Assembly (NCBI RefSeq): GCF_027921745.1
Contig: NC_079239.1
Span: 2,108,001 to 2,172,000 of the forward strand
From: Schizosaccharomyces osmophilus
Taxonomy: Eukaryota
DNA: 64,000 bases
Direction of reading: 5' to 3'
Made by a program: the position numbers and the translations under genes. Positions 62,522 to 64,000 of this stretch are shown in pieces; the stretch's first letter is position 1, and the number at the start of each line of letters is the position of its first letter. The notes beneath the pieces were generated by a model, which was given only the letters and a program-made list of their open reading frames with translations, did not search any database and was not told where the DNA came from.

Positions 62522-62829
62522 ATTTGAGATCATCCCGTTTTTCGTCTTTCAATCTTTTCACGTTTACTCTACTTCCTCTACAAGGTGCTTATAATTATCA
62601 AAATTTGGTGTTTTATTCACTTTCAAGAACTTCCTGTTTTATTTATCTCCTTGACACACCCTTCATTTCATATTTTCATCTTGTACGTTTTAACTTTTGG
62701 GATTCATAATTGATATATCTTCTATTGACTTTTTTATGCCTTTCCACTACCACTAATGACATATGTGACATGCCAAATACAAAAGTCTATATATTGTTCG
62801 ACCAGGGTCTCATGATATCATTACTTCGA

Positions 62830-62867
62830 TTAGTAAGCAAGCTATCTCTGCTGCTTCAGGTATAAAA
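62830..62867 (+). promoter_or_regulatory. Pap1-type site (TTAGTAA) and TATA box upstream of the aldo-keto reductase
   Basis: TTAGTAA at 62830-62836; TATAAAA at 62861-62867. Confidence 0.45.
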
Positions 62868-63061
62868 GGGCTCTTTGGTCCTATCGAGTTGTACTTAGTC
62901 GGATTGATACGAAGTTTATATCTAAATTTCATTTTTACAAAGTCGTATTTCTTGAAATCAAATATTTGATTTGGTTTCACTTTGTCACTTGGTGTTTTCG
63001 TCTTTCTTTTTCTTCTTATAACTAATTTCTAAATATTTGGACTGACTTGACGTTTGAAAAT

Positions 63062-64000
63062 ATGCCAACTGTGAACGGATTTTCTGTCGGACCTGTTGGG
63101 TTTGGATTGATGGGATTCACTTGGAGAACCGAGCAGACTCCTGACGAACAAGCTTTTGAAACCATGGACTATGCCGTGGAACATGGAGCCACCTTTTGGA
63201 ACGGCGGTGAATTCTACGGAATGAATCCACCTACAGCGAATTTGATGCTGCTGGCTCGCTATTTTGAAACGAGACCGGAAAATGCAAACAAGGTGTTTTT
63301 GTCAATTAAGGGTGGTATCGATAGCACGCTTACTCCACGCGGTGATAAGGAGAATATTGGCAAAAGTATCAAAAACGTATTGAAACATCTTCGCGGTACC
63401 AAAAAGCTCGATCTTTTTGAATGTGCTCGTGTTGACTCCAAAGTGCCTATTGAGGAGCAAATGAAAACTCTCAAAAAGTTTGTAGATGCAGGAGATATTG
63501 GTAGTGTTGGCTTAAGTGAAGCATCTGCCAACACCATTCGTCGTGCTCACGCTGTTCTGCCCTTAGCTGCTGTCGAAGCGGAATACTCCTTGTGGTCTCG
63601 TGAAGTTGAAGAAAACGGTGTTTTGTCCACTTGCAAGAGTTTGAACATTCCCCTTATTGCCTATAGTCCCGTTGCCCGCGGTTTACTCACCGGTACTGTA
63701 AAGAAAATAGAAGACTTGGAACGGTTTACAAAGTCTTTCCCCTTCCTTCACCACCTGGATCGTTTTCAGCCCGAAACATTCAAGAAGAACCTCACTTGCA
63801 TTCATGCCCTTGAAGCGCAGGCAGAGTCTTACAACCTAACACTTCCTGAGATGGCTATAAGTTTTCTAATTGCCGTGGGTGAAGGCAAGGTTATTCCCAT
63901 TCCAGGAGCCACCAATGTAGCCCGTCTTAAACAAAACCTGAAGGCAGCTCTTAAACCTTTATCACCAGTCCAAGTTAAGGAAATTTATGCTACGTTGGAG
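63062..64000 (+). CDS. Aldo-keto reductase, pyridoxal reductase (Plr1)-like; runs off the window end
   Basis: [21 protein letters not shown]...FWNGGEFYG...[10 protein letters not shown]...VGLSEASA...[12 protein letters not shown]...IPIPGAT; open to 64000. Confidence 0.9.
   Translation, partial: MPTVNGFSVGPVGFGLMGFTWRTEQTPDEQAFETMDYAVEHGATFWNGGEFYGMNPPTANLMLLARYFETRPENANKVFLSIKGGIDSTLTPRGDKENIGKSIKNVLKHLRGTKKLDLFECARVDSKVPIEEQMKTLKKFVDAGDIGSVGLSEASANTIRRAHAVLPLAAVEAEYSLWSREVEENGVLSTCKSLNIPLIAYSPVARGLLTGTVKKIEDLERFTKSFPFLHHLDRFQPETFKKNLTCIHALEAQAESYNLTLPEMAISFLIAVGEGKVIPIPGATNVARLKQNLKAALKPLSPVQVKEIYATLE

Overview
This window is AT-rich, gene-dense fission-yeast DNA with short GT(A/T)(A/T)GT...CTAAC...YAG introns. 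From memory, the gene order matches the S. pombe chromosome I SPAC22E12/SPAC890 region: hsf1, snt1, CCNDBP1-like, glo3, pik1, sck2, rlp24, set3, etp1, krp1, rrn10, rna1, gmh3, rer1, ccs1, sdj1, RBM42-like, [island], SLC35/TPT transporter, rpl31, rmt1, nup155, pxr1, ytm1, ppk16, alp7, then a truncated aldo-keto reductase. The proteins are clearly diverged from S. pombe, so the source is probably an octosporus/cryophilus/osmophilus-clade species (inference). Three things stand out. (1) An ~8 kb accessory island (about 36.57-44.30 kb) is built on four related Tf-like LTRs in mixed orientation plus a decayed integrase. It holds a secreted PhiA/But2-like protein, a PRISE-type SDR reductase and an MDR quinone/enone reductase. 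The three full-length LTRs each carry a Pap1-type site. (2) An snR64-like box C/D snoRNA lies inside the intron of an apparently non-coding spliced host transcript divergent from nup155. (3) rmt1 needs 4-nt and 13-nt micro-exons, and several long introns fold back on themselves. Gene names come from recalled protein motifs and synteny, not from database searches.
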